A DNA stretch of 63,350 bases, filler included, from Chiloscyllium plagiosum (lineage: Eukaryota), in assembly GCF_004010195.1 (NCBI RefSeq). It is 5 parts of one record of this genome, joined end to end, with 100 filler letters (N's around TTAATTAATTAA, not from the genome) between each part and the next. Parts side by side here need not be neighbours in the genome. Positions count along the whole stretch, not along the records: positions 1 to 18,974 come from NC_057712.1; positions 19,075 to 27,569 come from NC_057712.1; 3 more parts are not named here. One strand, 5' to 3'. The stretch's first letter is position 1, and every line of letters starts with the position of its first letter. Below, in pieces: positions 13,191 to 26,094 of this stretch. The translations under genes were made by a program, and so were the position numbers. The notes beneath the pieces were generated by a model that saw nothing but the letters and a program-made list of their open reading frames with translations, had not been told where the DNA came from and did not search any database.

Positions 13191-13559
13191 TTTCAGTTAT
13201 TTCTGGGATATTACATGCATCCTTGCCTCTATGGTTGGAGCTTAATTCTGTCCTTCAGAAATGCTGTAGTTTCCTTACACAGATGTTAAGCTCACCTGGG
13301 ATTGCAGTTTCCTGGTTTATTCCGACTGGCCTTCTGGAATAATGCTATCATAATGGCCAGAGAGGATTTGAACAATAGTGTCAGAGACTTGAATGTTTGT
13401 GGATGTTGTGTTAATCAAGTGGGCTGCTTTGTCTTTAGTCTTCTTAAGCTTCTTGAGTGATACTGGAGCTGCACAGAGCATGGATCTGATCCACTGGTTT
13501 TCAATTGTTTACCTCTGTCTCCCACTTGTTGCTTACGCTGGTTGACGTGCAAGTAATCA

Positions 13560-14305
13560 TTGAGTCATAAAGTCATATAGCACAGAAACAGACCCTTCAG
13601 TGCAACTTGTCGATGCCAACCAGATATCATAAACTGATCTAGTCCCATTTGCCAGCATTTGGCCCATACCCTTCTAAACCCTTTCTATTCATGTACCCAT
13701 TCAGATGCCTTTTAAATGTTCTAATTGTACCAGCCTCCACCACTTCCTCTGGCAGTTCATTCCATACTTACACCACCGTCTGCAAGAAAAATTCGCCCCT
13801 TAGGACCCTTTTAAATCTTTTCCCTCTATCCTTAAACCTATGCCCTCTTATTTTGGGCGCCCCGCTCCTGGGAAAAAAATGTTGGCTATTCACACTATCC
13901 TTAATTTTCATGAATGTTTCAACTCTCCAGGGAAAATAACCTCAGCCTATTCAGCCTCTCCCTATAGCTCAAACCCTCCAACCCTGGCAGCATCCTTGTA
14001 AATCTTTTCTGCATCCTCTCAAGTTTAACAATACTTTTCCTGTTGCAGGGAGTCCAAAATTAAATGTATTATTCCAAAGGTAGCCTCACTATTGTATTGT
14101 ACAGCCGCAACATGACCTCCCAACTCTTGTATTCAATGTTCTGACCAATGAAAGCAAGTGTGCCAAATGCCTTCTTCACCACCCTGTCTACCTGTGGTTC
14201 CACTTTCAAGAAACTATGCATCTGCACCTCTTGGTCTCTTTGTTCAGCAACATTCCTCAGGCACCTACCATAAGTTGTATAAGTCCTGTCCTGCTTTGCC
14301 TTACT
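13560..14305 (-). mobile_element. CR1 LINE 3' fragment
   Basis: Collinear with 1781-2628 and 18105-18974. Confidence 0.85.
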
Positions 14306-14971
14306 AAGTTATGCACTTTTACTTGGTTGACACCTCAGTTTCATGCATGATTAGTGCTGCTATAGTCATGTCCTCCTACTTTCTTCGCTAGAGAGCATAT
14401 GTTATAAAGTTCAATTATCAGGCAATCAAAACCCCAGTTACATGAATATGACTTATATTTTGTTTAGAAAAATAATTTAATTCCATGAGGAATTCCATGA
14501 CAAAAAGTCAACATCTTGGAAATACTGTAAAATAAACCAAAAATATTGGTTACAAGATTACATGAATATTTTATTTTGTCTTTGTTCACAAATTATGACG
14601 GAAGTAAGAATCTCAGGATACTGCAGGAGGAGAGGAAGAAATTGATGAAAGTGAATGTACAAAAACAGAATTGATTCTGAAAAAGCACCATGGATAAATT
14701 TCCAATTGTTGGGGGCACAAAATAACTCCTGTCATGATGTAAGGACAATACAAAGCAAATTACAGCAAGGGAAGCATCATCAGTGATGCCATCAAATTGC
14801 GCATAATAAACATTAGATATTTTTAAGCAACATTGGTTCATGGTTAATATTAGTCAGGGTACCAAAAGAAACCTTCTTACATTTCTTTTGAAATGCACCC
14901 ATCTGTTTGTGCAGAGAGATTTAGGAGTGCTCATACATGACTCACTAAAAGCTGATTAGCAGGTCACAAAA

Positions 14972-15293
14972 TAGATTAAATTCCCTACAGTATGGAAATT
15001 GACCATTTGGCCCAACAAGTCCACACCAACTTTCTGAAAAGTAACCCATCCAGATCCATTACCCTACCCTATATTTACCCCCTGGCTAATGCACCTATGC
15101 ACCTAACACTATGGGCAATTTAGCATGAGCAATTCACCTAACCTGCACATCTTTGGATTGTGGGAGGAAACCCACACAGATGCAGGAAGAATATGTAAAC
15201 TCCAAAGAGACAGTCGCCCAAGGTGGGAATTAAACCCGTGTCACCTAGAGCTGTGAGGCAGTAGTGCTAACCACTGAGCCACCATGCTGCCCC
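14972..15293 (-). mobile_element. HE1-type V-SINE
   Basis: Ends ...GCTGTGAGGCAGTAGTGCTAACCACTGAGCCACCATGCTGCC (reverse SINE head). Confidence 0.85.
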
Positions 15294-15296
15294 AAT

Positions 15297-16080
15297 AGAA
15301 ATGTACAGCACAGAAACAGACCCTTCGGTCCAACTCATCCATGCCAACCAGATATCCTAGCCTAATTTAGACCCATTTGCTAGCACTTGGCCCATATCCC
15401 TCTAAACCCTTCTTTTTCATACCCATCCAAATGCCTTTTAAATGTCGTAATTGTACCAGCCTCCACCACTTCCTCTGGCAGCTCATTCCATACACACAGC
15501 ACTGTCTGCATGAAAAGATTGTCCCTTAGGTCCCTTTTAAATCTTTCCCCTCTCATGCTAAACCTATGCCTTCCAGTTCTAGACTTCCCTACCCCAGGGG
15601 TAAGACCTTGTCTATTTATCCTATCCATGCCCCTCATGATTTTATAAACTTCTATAAAGTCACCCCTCAGCCTCCAATGCTCCAGGGAAAACAGCCCCAG
15701 CCTATTCAGCCTCTCCCGAGAGGGCAAAATGTGCAGCATGGTGGCACAGTGGTTAGCACTGCTGCCTCACAGCGCCAGAGACCCAGGTTCAATTCCCGCC
15801 TCAGGCAACTGACTGTGTGGAGTTTGCACGTTCTGCACGGGTTTCCTCCGGGTGCTCCAGTTTCCTCTCACAGTCCAAAAATGTGCAGGTTATGTGAATT
15901 GGCCATTCTAAATTGCCTGTAGTGTTAGGGGAATGGGTCTGGGTGGGTTGCAGGTCGGTGTGGACTTGTTGGGCCGAAGGGCCTGTTTCCACACTGTAAG
16001 TAATCTAATAAAAATCCTCCAACCCTGGCAACACCCTGTAAACCTTTTCCGAACCCTTTCAGGTTTCACAACATCCTTCA
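15297..16080 (-). mobile_element. CR1 3' fragment interrupted by a SINE
   Basis: Minus ORF ...RERLNRLGLFSLEHWRLRGDFIEVYKIMRG...; resumes AAATCCTCCAACCCTGGC after the SINE. Confidence 0.85.
15733..16008 (+). mobile_element. HE1-type V-SINE nested in CR1
   Basis: GGTGGCACAGTGGTTAGCACTGCTGCCTCACAGCGCCAGAGACCCAGGTTCAATTCCC...GTAAGTAATCTAAT. Confidence 0.9.
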
Positions 16081-16670
16081 GGAAGGCAAATGGCTTTCAT
16101 TGCTGGAGGGATTGAATTTAAGAGCAGGGAGGTTCTGCTGCATTTGTACAAGGTGTTGGTGAGGTTGCACCTCGAGTATTGTGTGCAGTTCTGGTCTCCT
16201 TACTTGAGGAAGGATATACTGGCTTTGGAGGTGGGGCGGAGGAAGCTCATCAGGTTGACTCCAGAGATGGAGGGGTTAACCTTATGAGGAGAGGTTGAGC
16301 CGCCTGGGACTGTACTCACTAGAATTTAGAAGAAAATTATGAGAGGGATAGATAAGATAGAGGCAGGCAAGTTGATTCAAGTGGGTTAGACTAGGACTAG
16401 GGGACATGTCCTCAATATTTAGGGCAGAGATGAGGAGGAACTGCTTTTCCCAGAGAGTAGTGTATCTATGGAGTTCTCTGCATAAGGAAACAGTAGAGGC
16501 AACTCCACTAAATATATTCAAGTCACAGTTGGATGGGTTTTTGCATGGTAGGGGAATTAAAGGTTATGGGGATAAAGCAAATAGGAAGATCTGAGACAAT
16601 GGATAGATCAGACATGATCTTAATGAGATGGCAGAGTAGGCTCGATGGGCCAAATGGTCTATTCCTGCTT
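16081..16670 (+). mobile_element. CR1 3' fragment (5' part at about 14908-14970)
   Basis: LYKVLVRLHLEYCVQFWSPYLRKD; upstream VQRDLGVLIHDSLK lies before the nested insertions. Confidence 0.8.
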
Positions 16671-18104
16671 AATGCAAACAGGCTTTTCTAAAAACTGATG
16701 TTCCAAACGGACAGCACAGTTCTGTGCAGTGAGCTCAACCGAGATTTTGTATTTATTGATCTGGAGTAACATCTGAACTCACAAAAGGTGAGAGACAAGT
16801 TGAACCACCATTTAGCTGACAATTCCTAGTATCCTTTACCTAATATAGTCAGGTGGCTGTTTTTGACTACATGATAGACTAAGGGGCCTTTCTCTGTGCT
16901 GTCGAGCTCTTTGACTCTATTACCCTATGAAATGAACTTACAGGTCCTGACTATAATGTCAGGGGGTGTTAAATAGTGTTTTGAAATGCATCCATCTGTT
17001 TGTGCAGAGAGGTTTAGAAGTGCTCTTCCTGCCCATTTTCCATTCAATTCTTATTCAATTCCCACCTGGATGGTTCAGATACCAGTTAAGGTCAAACAAG
17101 TTTTAACTTTCCCTTTGATGGAGGGGTTTGTTCAATTACTTCATTGTGAAAATATCTGGTGATCTTTCAGTTCAGATTTTCAGGGCTTTCCAGTTTTGAA
17201 AAAGGTTAAAGGTATAATATCAAAGTACGTGGCACCCAGAGCCAAAGTCAAATTTGAATTATTCAGCCAGGCTCAATACAATATTATCAAAGGCCATTGT
17301 TAGGAAGTACTGAGAATGGTACATACTGAACTCCATTGGTCAGGATAAAGGTGGCCTTAAGGAGTTCTTTGAATGCCATGTTATACCATGATTTGAAATC
17401 AGAAAAGCACAGCCTTTAAAAATTTATTTGCAATATTTTACTGCTGTGCCAAAACATCAGAGGACTTGTACAGCCTTACAGCCTCTGAATAAGAAGCATG
17501 ATTTCTTAGGCGTCTAAAGTACCTCTCACAGCTTTGTTCAACTACATGGAACTTCTCAACCTGCCTTTCAAACCCACCCTTCTTTATGCCCTTTTGCTTG
17601 CCATATAAAACTTATTTTGATTATTGGTGTCAGTAGTTTCTTATTAATAACTGAGTATTGGTAACATTTCTTTCTGGCAGTACCAATCAGATGATTCTCA
17701 TATTTGTTTTTCTAATCATTTTCATTTGAATTGATGATTTTGCTGATTCCAGTGTCAATGCACAGTTTCCCAATAGTTTTTCTGTTCTTGTTCTGTGGCT
17801 TCTCAACAGCAGTAATTATGATTAACTGATTGTGAGCAACAAGCTGTCATGTGAGCAATGAATTATGTTGCCTCTGCCAGATGCAACCCTGTCAGCCAGT
17901 TTCTTGCTTTCAAATCTACATCTACTTTCTTAACTCAGAATATCTTTCATGGATTGAGGGGGCAGTGAGAGGAGACTCTCTCGATGAACTTTTTTTTATC
18001 AAAAAGCTAAATGCAATTTCCTCAAAAAGGAAGACAATAATTACACTTTCTTTTATTTCTGAGGAGAATCCTAACCTACTGGCAATCTCTGCTGAATTTC
18101 TATA

Positions 18105-18974
18105 TAGAGTCATAGAGATGTACAGCATGGAAATAGACCCGTCGGTCCAACCCATCCATGCCGACCAGATATCCCAACCCAATCTAGTCTCACCTGCTAG
18201 CACCTGGCCCATATCCCTCCAAACCCTTCCCATTCATGTACCCATACAAATGCCTCTTAAATGTTGCAATTGTACCAGCCATCACCACTTCCTCTGGCAG
18301 CTCATTCCATACACGTACAACCCTCTGTGTGAAAAACCCTCTGTCCCTTAGGTCTCTTTTATATCTTTCCTGTCTCACCCTAAACCTATGCCCTCTTGTT
18401 CTGGACTCCCTGATTCCAGGGAAAAGATTTTGTCTATTTATCCTATCCATGCCCCTCATAATTTTGTAAAACTCTATAAGGTCACCCCTCAGCCTCCGAC
18501 ACTCCAGGGAAAACAGCCCCAGCCTGTTCAGCATTTCCCTGTAGATCAAATCTTCCAACCCTGGCAACATCCTTGTAAATCTTTTCTGAATCCTTTCAGG
18601 TTTCACAACATCTTTCCGATAGGAAGGAGACCAGAATTGCACACAATATTCCAACAGTGGCCTAACCAATGTCCTGTACAGCTGCAACATGACCTCCCAA
18701 CTCCTGTATTCAATACTCTGACCAATAAAACAAAGCATACCAAATGCCTTCTTCCCTATCCTACCTACCTGCGTCTTCACTTTAGAGGATCTATGAATCG
18801 GCACTCCAAGGTCTCTTTGTTCAGCAACACTCCCTAGGCCCTTACCATTAAGTGTATAAGTCCTGCTAAGATTTGCTTTCCCAAAGCGCAGCACTTCACA
18901 TTAATCTGAATTAAACTCCATCTGCCACTTCTCAACCCACTGGCCCATCTGGTCAAGATTCTGTTGTAATCTGA
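18105..18974 (-). mobile_element. CR1 LINE 3' portion (234-aa open ORF2 remnant)
   Basis: ORF 18190-18894 with LYRTLVRPLLEYCVQFWSP, RLRGDLIE, FFTQRVVRVWNELP. Confidence 0.92.
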
Positions 18975-19074
18975 NNNNNNNNNNNNNNNNNNNNNNNNNN
19001 NNNNNNNNNNNNNNNNNNTTAATTAATTAANNNNNNNNNNNNNNNNNNNNNNNNNNNNNNNNNNNNNNNNNNNN
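18975..19074. other. artificial contig-join spacer (44 N + TTAATTAATTAA + 44 N)
   Basis: Identical 100-nt construct also at 27570-27669, 47838-47937 and 59671-59770; the 12-mer gives stops in all six frames. Confidence 0.95.
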
Positions 19075-19914
19075 TGTCTCTGATATGACACAACTTCCCA
19101 AATTTGATCCTTTGCCCACGATTTAAATTGAAACCCTCTCTATTTCTTTAGATATGCTGCTTACTAAACACTGGATCTAGCATGGTTCAGATAAAGATCA
19201 TTCCAGTCATCCAGGCCCCACTAACTCCAGTACTGGTGCTAGAGTCCCCATGAACCAGAAACCACTTCCACTGCACCAGTGTTTGACCTATACTTTCATC
19301 TCTCTGATCTTGTTTCCCTAATTCCAATTTGCAAGTAGTTCAAGAAATAATCCAGAAATCCTCATGTTTGAAGTTGTTCTCCTTAATTTGGTGTCTAGCT
19401 GTATGGAGACACTTGTCCTGCCTGTGTTATTATAACCTGCAGTTATTGACAACTGCATCCTCCCCCTCCCACTGCAAGTTCCTCTCCAGTCCTGAGCAGA
19501 TGTCCTGAACCCTAGGACTGAGCCAGCAACAAAGACTTTTGGACCAAACACAGAAATTGCTGGAGAAGCTCAAGAGATCTGGCAGCATCTGTGGAGAGAA
19601 AGCAGAGTTGACATTTTGAGTCCTTCTTCAGAACTCCTCAAACTTACTGCAAAGACTGAGGCTCCTGCAGTGGTGCTGTTTCAGTCCACTGACTTTCCCA
19701 GTTTTAAATTAATCCTGGTTTAACTCCTGGAGCAGCATTTAGTAAAAATGCAGTCCCAGCAGACATGATGAGAAATCTCTAAAATATTTTCGCATAACCT
19801 TGATATAAGTTTCAAGCAATGCTCTGACAAACTAATCATTGTTATGAAAAAGAGTTGTGTAAAATAAAAAGTCTTGATGGTTTTTGAAAGTCTATTTGAT
19901 TTTTTGGTCCATAG

Positions 19915-20109
19915 GTACCTGGCCCTTGTTCATCCATTCCGTCTGACAAGTTTCAGAACCAGGTCGAAAACCATTAAGATCAACCTCTGTCTTTGGGCAA
20001 TTTCAATTCTACTGGCCCTTCCTGTCTGGACACATGCAAAAGTCATTAAATTTAAAGATGGCTTGGAAAGCTGTGCTATTGATCTATCTTCGCCCCAGGA
20101 CATACTTTG
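19915..20109 (+). CDS. MCHR2: MCHR2 internal coding exon (after DRY: ICL2, TM4, ECL2), 195 nt, phase 2/2
   Basis: TTTTTTGGTCCATAG|G TAC... and ...CTT TG|GTAAGT. (R)[65 protein letters not shown] is about 70% identical to human MCHR2 as I recall it. Confidence 0.93.
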
Positions 20110-21447
20110 GTAAGTTTATTATAAAATGTAGCTCCTAAATGCTTGGGAAGTCATTTAGTTTTAATTGAAAATTGCAAAGAATTTAAAGCACAAAACAAGA
20201 CAATTCAGTTTAATCAATCTGTTCTAGTGTTTTTGTTTTCTTCTCCCACTGTCCGTCATCCCATCAGCATAGTCTTCTGTTTCTTTCTCTCTTGTGCATT
20301 TATCTAGCATCCCTTGAAATATATTTATGTAATTCTCCTCAAATATTCCATGTAATAGCAAATTCTTCATGCTAACCCATCTCTGGGTGAAGAGCTTTAA
20401 TGCAGCATCTCAAATTAATTTGGTGAGGAATTATACAGCATTTAATAATACTGTCTGATTAAACAAACTTGCTGCCACTTTCAAAATGTTCATAGACTTA
20501 ATTTACTTAACTCTGAAGTTGAAGCTTGTGCTAGGGTATTTAAATATATCACTAACTTATGCTAAAGTAATTATATACTTTTCACAGATGATATTAAAAT
20601 GTTCAAGAATCATTTCTTCAGCTGGGGTTGTTCACTTACATTTTTGTCACTATGCTTCATAAAATTAATCTCAAACCTGCTTCGGAAAGAGGCTACATGA
20701 AGCAGTGGGGATTGTCCCTGCCTCTAAGCCAGGAGCTCCAGATTCAAGTCCCAGTCCTGCCTTTGATGGGAAAGGGAGGAGTATTGATAATGTGGCCATG
20801 TGTCTTCTTGTAAATCCTTCTAAGATACACCAATGACAGGCAGTAAGATCGGGAGAAAATTCTGCTCTGCCATGTGGACTCTTTATCATCACAATCCTTA
20901 GCTCCAGACTGTGGCATGCATGTCGAAGTATATGTTGCCAAAGCAACTCAACACTTGGCTTGACAACCAATGTGGATCACGTTGGTGTCAAGAACATGGT
21001 GTTCAGGTTGGGGTGAATTTACCATCTAACTCCTTCTCCTTCGTGTGCTGAAGATTGAGGGCTGAATTTTCCCAGCCCCTGAACAAAGTGAGCAATGATG
21101 AGCCAGTTAGGAAAATATAGCGAAATTGGAAAAATTAGATTCCTGATATTGAGGATACGTAATTCTAATTTTACATTTCTTTCTTTCAAAATACACTTTG
21201 TCCATAAAAAACTTTACACATGTACATAATCACAAACATAGGTCGGTTCTGTGCAATAGTATATCAAGAAAACAAACAAATATTGGAGTCTGACTCTGTC
21301 CAAACAAACCAAAGGCATCTCTCACTTGAACCAGGCTATATTTACATACATTTGGGGTGCCAGGAAGATCTGATGACTGAATGGAATCCTGTTTAACTTC
21401 AGTAGGATTGGCAAGACAAGAATTTTGCTTGTGAGATACAGTCATGA

Positions 21448-23431
21448 AGTCATTGAGCTGTACAGCATGAAAACAGACCCTTCAGTCCAACTTGTCTATG
21501 CCGACCAGATAACCTAAATTAAACTAGTCCCATTTACCAGCATTTGGCCCATCTCCCTCTAAACCCCTCCTATTCATATACCTATCCAGATACCTTTTGA
21601 GTTGTAATTGCACCAGCATCCACCACTTGCAGAACTTATGTTTACATGCATTAGCATCACATTATTATCTATTTTCACCTCATTTATCTACAGTTTACTA
21701 TTCTCTAATATTGTGGGAAGAAACTAGGCGTGACAACTCTCAACATGAAAGGTACATGGGTACTTAGTGTCTCCAGCTCGCCACCTGTGCCTCCAAGCCT
21801 ATATGCTGACAACAATCCTCTCATCACCTCAGGGCATGCATCATGGGTAGCCACTGTCTGCAATAGTCCCCTTCCCCAGAGGTTGGCACTGGGCACGCAC
21901 CAGCCTCCCCATAGCATCGTGGCATTTCTCCACATCATTTAGTATATATTTATCCACTTCAATGCTACAGTTTGGTCTGCACTAACACCTTGCATTTCAA
22001 TGCTGTTGCAAGGCTGCTTTGTACACAGGCACAGGCACCCATATCATGGATTGGACCAGTGTGAATTTCAGAGCTCTTTATTTGCTCTCCTAATGCTCAG
22101 TCACTCTGCACCTACTTTGATGTCCACAGAATCCCTGCCTTGCATTGCTTTGCCTTTTTGTGTATTTATGCATTATTCAGAGCTTATAGGCTCATTTTGC
22201 CTCTGTTTTACCTTATGCCTTAGTGTAAATATAACATCTGGTAATTTGACGTGTTTGACAGCAATGATCAATCAAGAGGGTAGATGTTGCTTTATGGCAC
22301 GATGTTATGTTAATGTCACACCTGCAACTAGAATAATACACAACAAATACAATGCATGCTCTTCAATCAAATGAAGTTCTTTGAAAGTCTAAGGGAAGTA
22401 GTCCTAAAGAGTCTTTGGTCATTACAGGTTAATGGCACAGTAAGCCAATGGCATCACCCATTACCAGTCCAGTGGGTTGGACATAGTGAGTCAGGATCTT
22501 GGGGCAGTCAGGGTCAGGGGTTCCATAACATTACAGTACAGGGAATAGGCTACAGTCAGTCCAGCAAGTCCAGTGCAACCAGGGGATTACTAGTAAGTCG
22601 ATCAGGAGGTACACCTATCAGAAGTTTGGTCGCACATCGGTCTTGGCTGATCTTCCAGGTCAGTCAGTCCAACAATGACAATGCTATGCTACACTAGGCA
22701 TTAGGGCAAGAATAGCACTCCCTTAGTCAGTGCTCAAACATGATATGACACTACAGATGAGTGGCCTGTGTAGCGTAATTCTAATAGCTGTTGTCACTAT
22801 GACAGTTATTCAGACAGGTGATGATTTAAAATGGCAATATATTTAGAATGTGAGCTTCTTTTTCCAATGAAATGTCATCCTTGAACCTGAAGTACCCTCA
22901 GAAGCTGTCCTTTCTTGAATCCTTCCACCTATATGCCAAGATGATATGGGCAGGCTGGTGTGTGCCCAGTGCCAACCTCTGGGGAAGGGGACTATTGCAG
23001 ACAGTGGCTACCCATGATGCATGCCCTGAGGTGTTGAGAGGATTGTTGCCAGCATATAGGCTTGGAGGCACAGGTGGCGAGCTGAAGACACTAGGTACCC
23101 ATGAAACTTTCATGTGACTCTCATGTGACTTTCATGTCGAGAGCTGTCACGTCTAGTTTCTCTCCACAATGTTAGAGAATAGTAAACTGCAGGTAAATGA
23201 AGTGAATATAGATAATAATGTGATGCTATTGCATGTAAATACAAGATCTGCAAGTGGTGGATGCTGGTGCAATTACAGCTTAAAAGGTATCTGGATGGGT
23301 ATATGAATAGGAGGGGTTTAGAGGGAGATGGGCCAAATGTTGGTAAATGGGACTAGTTTAATTTAGGTTATCTGGTCGGCATAGATGAGTTGGACTGAAG
23401 GGTCAGTTTCCATAGCTGACAACAACTGACT
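21448..23431. repeat. about 470-bp inverted duplication (21448-21912 / 22946-23431), about 1.03-kb spacer
   Basis: Mirror-image ORFs in the track (WCVPSANLWGRGLLQTVATHDACPEV on both strands); each arm is a CR1 tail fused to non-CR1 sequence. Confidence 0.95.
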
Positions 23432-24074
23432 GCTGATCTTACGCTGTAAATATGGTGTCAGAGCTGAAAAATACCATTACGTCCTGGCACTGGGACATCG
23501 GAACAGGAGTTGGCCATTCAGCTCATCAAGCCTACTCCACCATTTAATATAATTATGGATGGTCGAACATTTCAATGCTTTTCATCCTCTCCATCCCCAC
23601 AACCCTGTACATGATTGGTAATCAGAAATATTTCAATATCTACTTTAAACATATGCAAATACTGAGCTTCCACATTCATCTAGTAGAGAATTCCAAAGAT
23701 TCACAGCACTCTGAGTAAAACAAATCCACCTCATCTTTGTTCTAAATGGCATCCCGACCATTTGCTTTCGATCCCCACATCCAAATCATTACTGTGAACA
23801 ACTGGGATTCATATGCTGATTCTGGCAGCACCAATATAATCACAGCCAGACATGTGAGAATGACCTGTTTATTTCTCTGTCTCTTTTCTGCCTGTTAGTC
23901 AATGCTTGATCCATGCTAGCACACCAGCTGCTATCCCATGTGCTGGACAGCCTCCTGAGGGAGATTGTTGGTGAGGGCTTCCACTAATGTAATGTGTGAG
24001 GGTGGTGCCATAGGAGGTCAATATGCATAATGAGGTGAACAGCAGAGAATTTCATGAGATAACTCACTCGCTCG

Positions 24075-24730
24075 CTGAGAGTTGCCACCCAGGTTGCTTG
24101 GGTTGTTAGGAAGGCATACGATGGCTTAGCTTTTATTGGTAAAGGGATTAAGTTTTGGAACCATGAGGTCATGCTGCAGCTGTAAAAAGCTCTGGTGCGG
24201 CCGGACTTGGAATATTACATTCAGTTCTGGTCACCGCATTTTAGGAAGGATGTGGAAGCTTTGGAAAGGGTGAGGAGATTTACTAGGATGTTGCCTGGTA
24301 TGGAGGGGAGGCCTGACAAGGAAAGGCTGAGGGGCTTGAGGCTGTTTTCATTTGAGAGAAGAGGGTTGAGAGGTGACTTAATTGAGACATATAAAATAAT
24401 CAGAGGGTTAGATAGAGTAGACAGTGAGAGCCTTTTTCCTTGGATGTTGATGGCTAACACAGGGGGGCATAGCTTTAAATTGAGGGGTCATAGAAGTAGG
24501 GCAGATGTCAGAGATAGTCTCTTTATCCAGAGAGTAGTAGGAGCATGGAACACACTGCCTGCAACCCACTCACCAACTTTAAGGGCATTGAAATGGTCAT
24601 TGGATAGATATATGGACGAGAATGGTATAGTGTAGGTTAGATGGGCTTCAGATTGGTTCACAGGTCGGCACAACATCGAGGACCGAAGGGCCTGTACTGC
24701 GCTGTAATGTTCTTTTCTATTCTATCTATG
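24075..24730 (+). mobile_element. CR1 LINE 3' fragment
   Basis: RPDLEYYIQFWSPHFRKDVEALERV..RGLRGDLIETYKIIRGLDRVD. Confidence 0.88.
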
Positions 24731-25974
24731 ATTTCACGGATAGAAACTAACCATGAAACTCCCTGAAAATTGACATTTAGCTTAATTTTGCTAAATTCAG
24801 CCCTGAGCTATCTCCTTTCGGGAAGAGAACTGAAGATGAAGACGGTCTGAAATTGTAATGTTATTATTTGGACATATAGGTTCACATTTTAAACAGAAGC
24901 ATTGTGAAAGGTTTCTGACATTTTAACAGCCAAGAAATGAAGTGGAGGACAATGGAAAGAGGTTTACTTTAGAGTCAAAATCAGCCAAAGAGACCTCATT
25001 TCTCACTTCAACAAGATAGTTTAGTTATAGAAATTGGCAAACATGATGTAAGCCTATGAAAGTAATATAGCAAAGAGCAGGAGCCCTCTCAAAGTGATGC
25101 GATAAATCAGCTCTAAAATAGAAGACTTAGTTAGTGCCCTTCTAAGCACAGCATGGGCACACACTCAATCAATACATTGTGCATGTACAAGTCGGAGATG
25201 GAGAATTTCAGTAAAAATTGCTAGTTGGTCTCAATAAGCATGCAATTGCATTCCAAAATTCACACTGCGCCACAACTTTACTGCATTGATAAGGCTAAAT
25301 GAAAAGTCAGAACAGCGATCAAACTCCCCCACTGAAATGTTCTTAAATATGCAGACCTGTGGCAGAACCATTTACTGATTGTAACCTTGAAGTCTCAATA
25401 CAGTTTCACTTCCAAACACTGCAACAAGTGAATCATTCTTAGTTCATGTGTGCAGTATACTATTCTCCAAAGAAAGTGCAATGAGAGAAAATATTTAAAA
25501 CATTCTTAAACTCCTGCTATATTTCAGTGTAACGATACCACTAGCATGTAGGACTCTTGTGGCTTTGTAATAGTGTCTCTATCTCTGGGCCTGAAGGCTG
25601 GCTTTGGATGATAGTGTGAGAAAATTTGCAAGGCCTTGCAGAGAGAAACCCTCCATCGACAAAAATAATACTTAGCTGGTTATGGGTAAGGTTCAATCCG
25701 TTGTTTCAGTTTGTCTTTAGAAATTGATGACATGAAAATAGATGGAAATTAAACTCAACCCAGTGGCCTTGTTGGTTCACCATGTGGAAAATGCCATTTT
25801 CGGCATCATTTGATAAATGCTTTATTCAATGCTTACAATTACCAAATGACAAAACAATTTTTAAATACCTGTCAGGCAACAGTTTTATCACTTGTTAGAA
25901 AATTCAAATCAATTCTCAAGCATTGCTGAATAACCAGAAAAAACTAACATATATTCTCTCCATTCTTTTCACAG

Positions 25975-26094
25975 GTATACACTGTACCACACCTTAACTT
26001 CTTTCTTCTTTCCCTTACCTCTGATAATTCTTTGTTACGTTTTGATTCTGTGTTACACATGGGACATCTATCAAGAAAACAAGAGAACTGGAAG
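25975..26094 (+). CDS. MCHR2: MCHR2 internal coding exon (TM5 and start of ICL3), 120 nt, phase 2/2
   Basis: TTCTCTCCATTCTTTTCACAG|G TAT... and ...GGA AG|GTAAAT. Completes the TG|G Trp codon and encodes [39 protein letters not shown]; missing from the ORF track. Confidence 0.93.

Larger units (their letters stand above)
14886..17025 (+). repeat. 47-bp direct repeat (14886-14932 / 16979-17025) flanking a nested retroelement stack
   Basis: TTTTGAAATGCA[C/T]CCATCTGTTTGTGCAGAGAG[A/G]TTTAG[G/A]AGTGCTC, 44/47 identical. Confidence 0.85.
21059..24803. mobile_element. possible PIF/Harbinger-like element delimited by 11-bp TIRs and 3-bp TSD
   Basis: TGA|GGGCTGAATTT (21059) ... AAATTCAGCCC|TGA (24803); similar decayed termini bound 31829-32497. 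Confidence 0.35.

Noticed and set aside
12371..13342. Recurrent short ORFs such as MPSSSGLPD..., METDPSVQ..., HGGTVVSTAASQRQ...
   Set aside because: Antisense or off-frame translations of CR1 and HE1 SINE copies.
19019..19030. Palindromic TTAATTAATTAA seen four times, as a biological motif
   Set aside because: Always centred in 44+44 N; it is a six-frame-stop scaffolding linker.
1..19914. Upstream MCHR2 exon (TM2-TM3)
   Set aside because: No matching peptide found by eye; it presumably lies upstream of the window.
19874..20113. 79-aa ORF as a standalone gene
   Set aside because: It is the MCHR2 internal exon read through its flanking intron sequence.
22991..23016. IADSGYP as a Harbinger transposase GDSGYP motif
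   Set aside because: Immediately followed by a stop and no other transposase motifs are recognisable.
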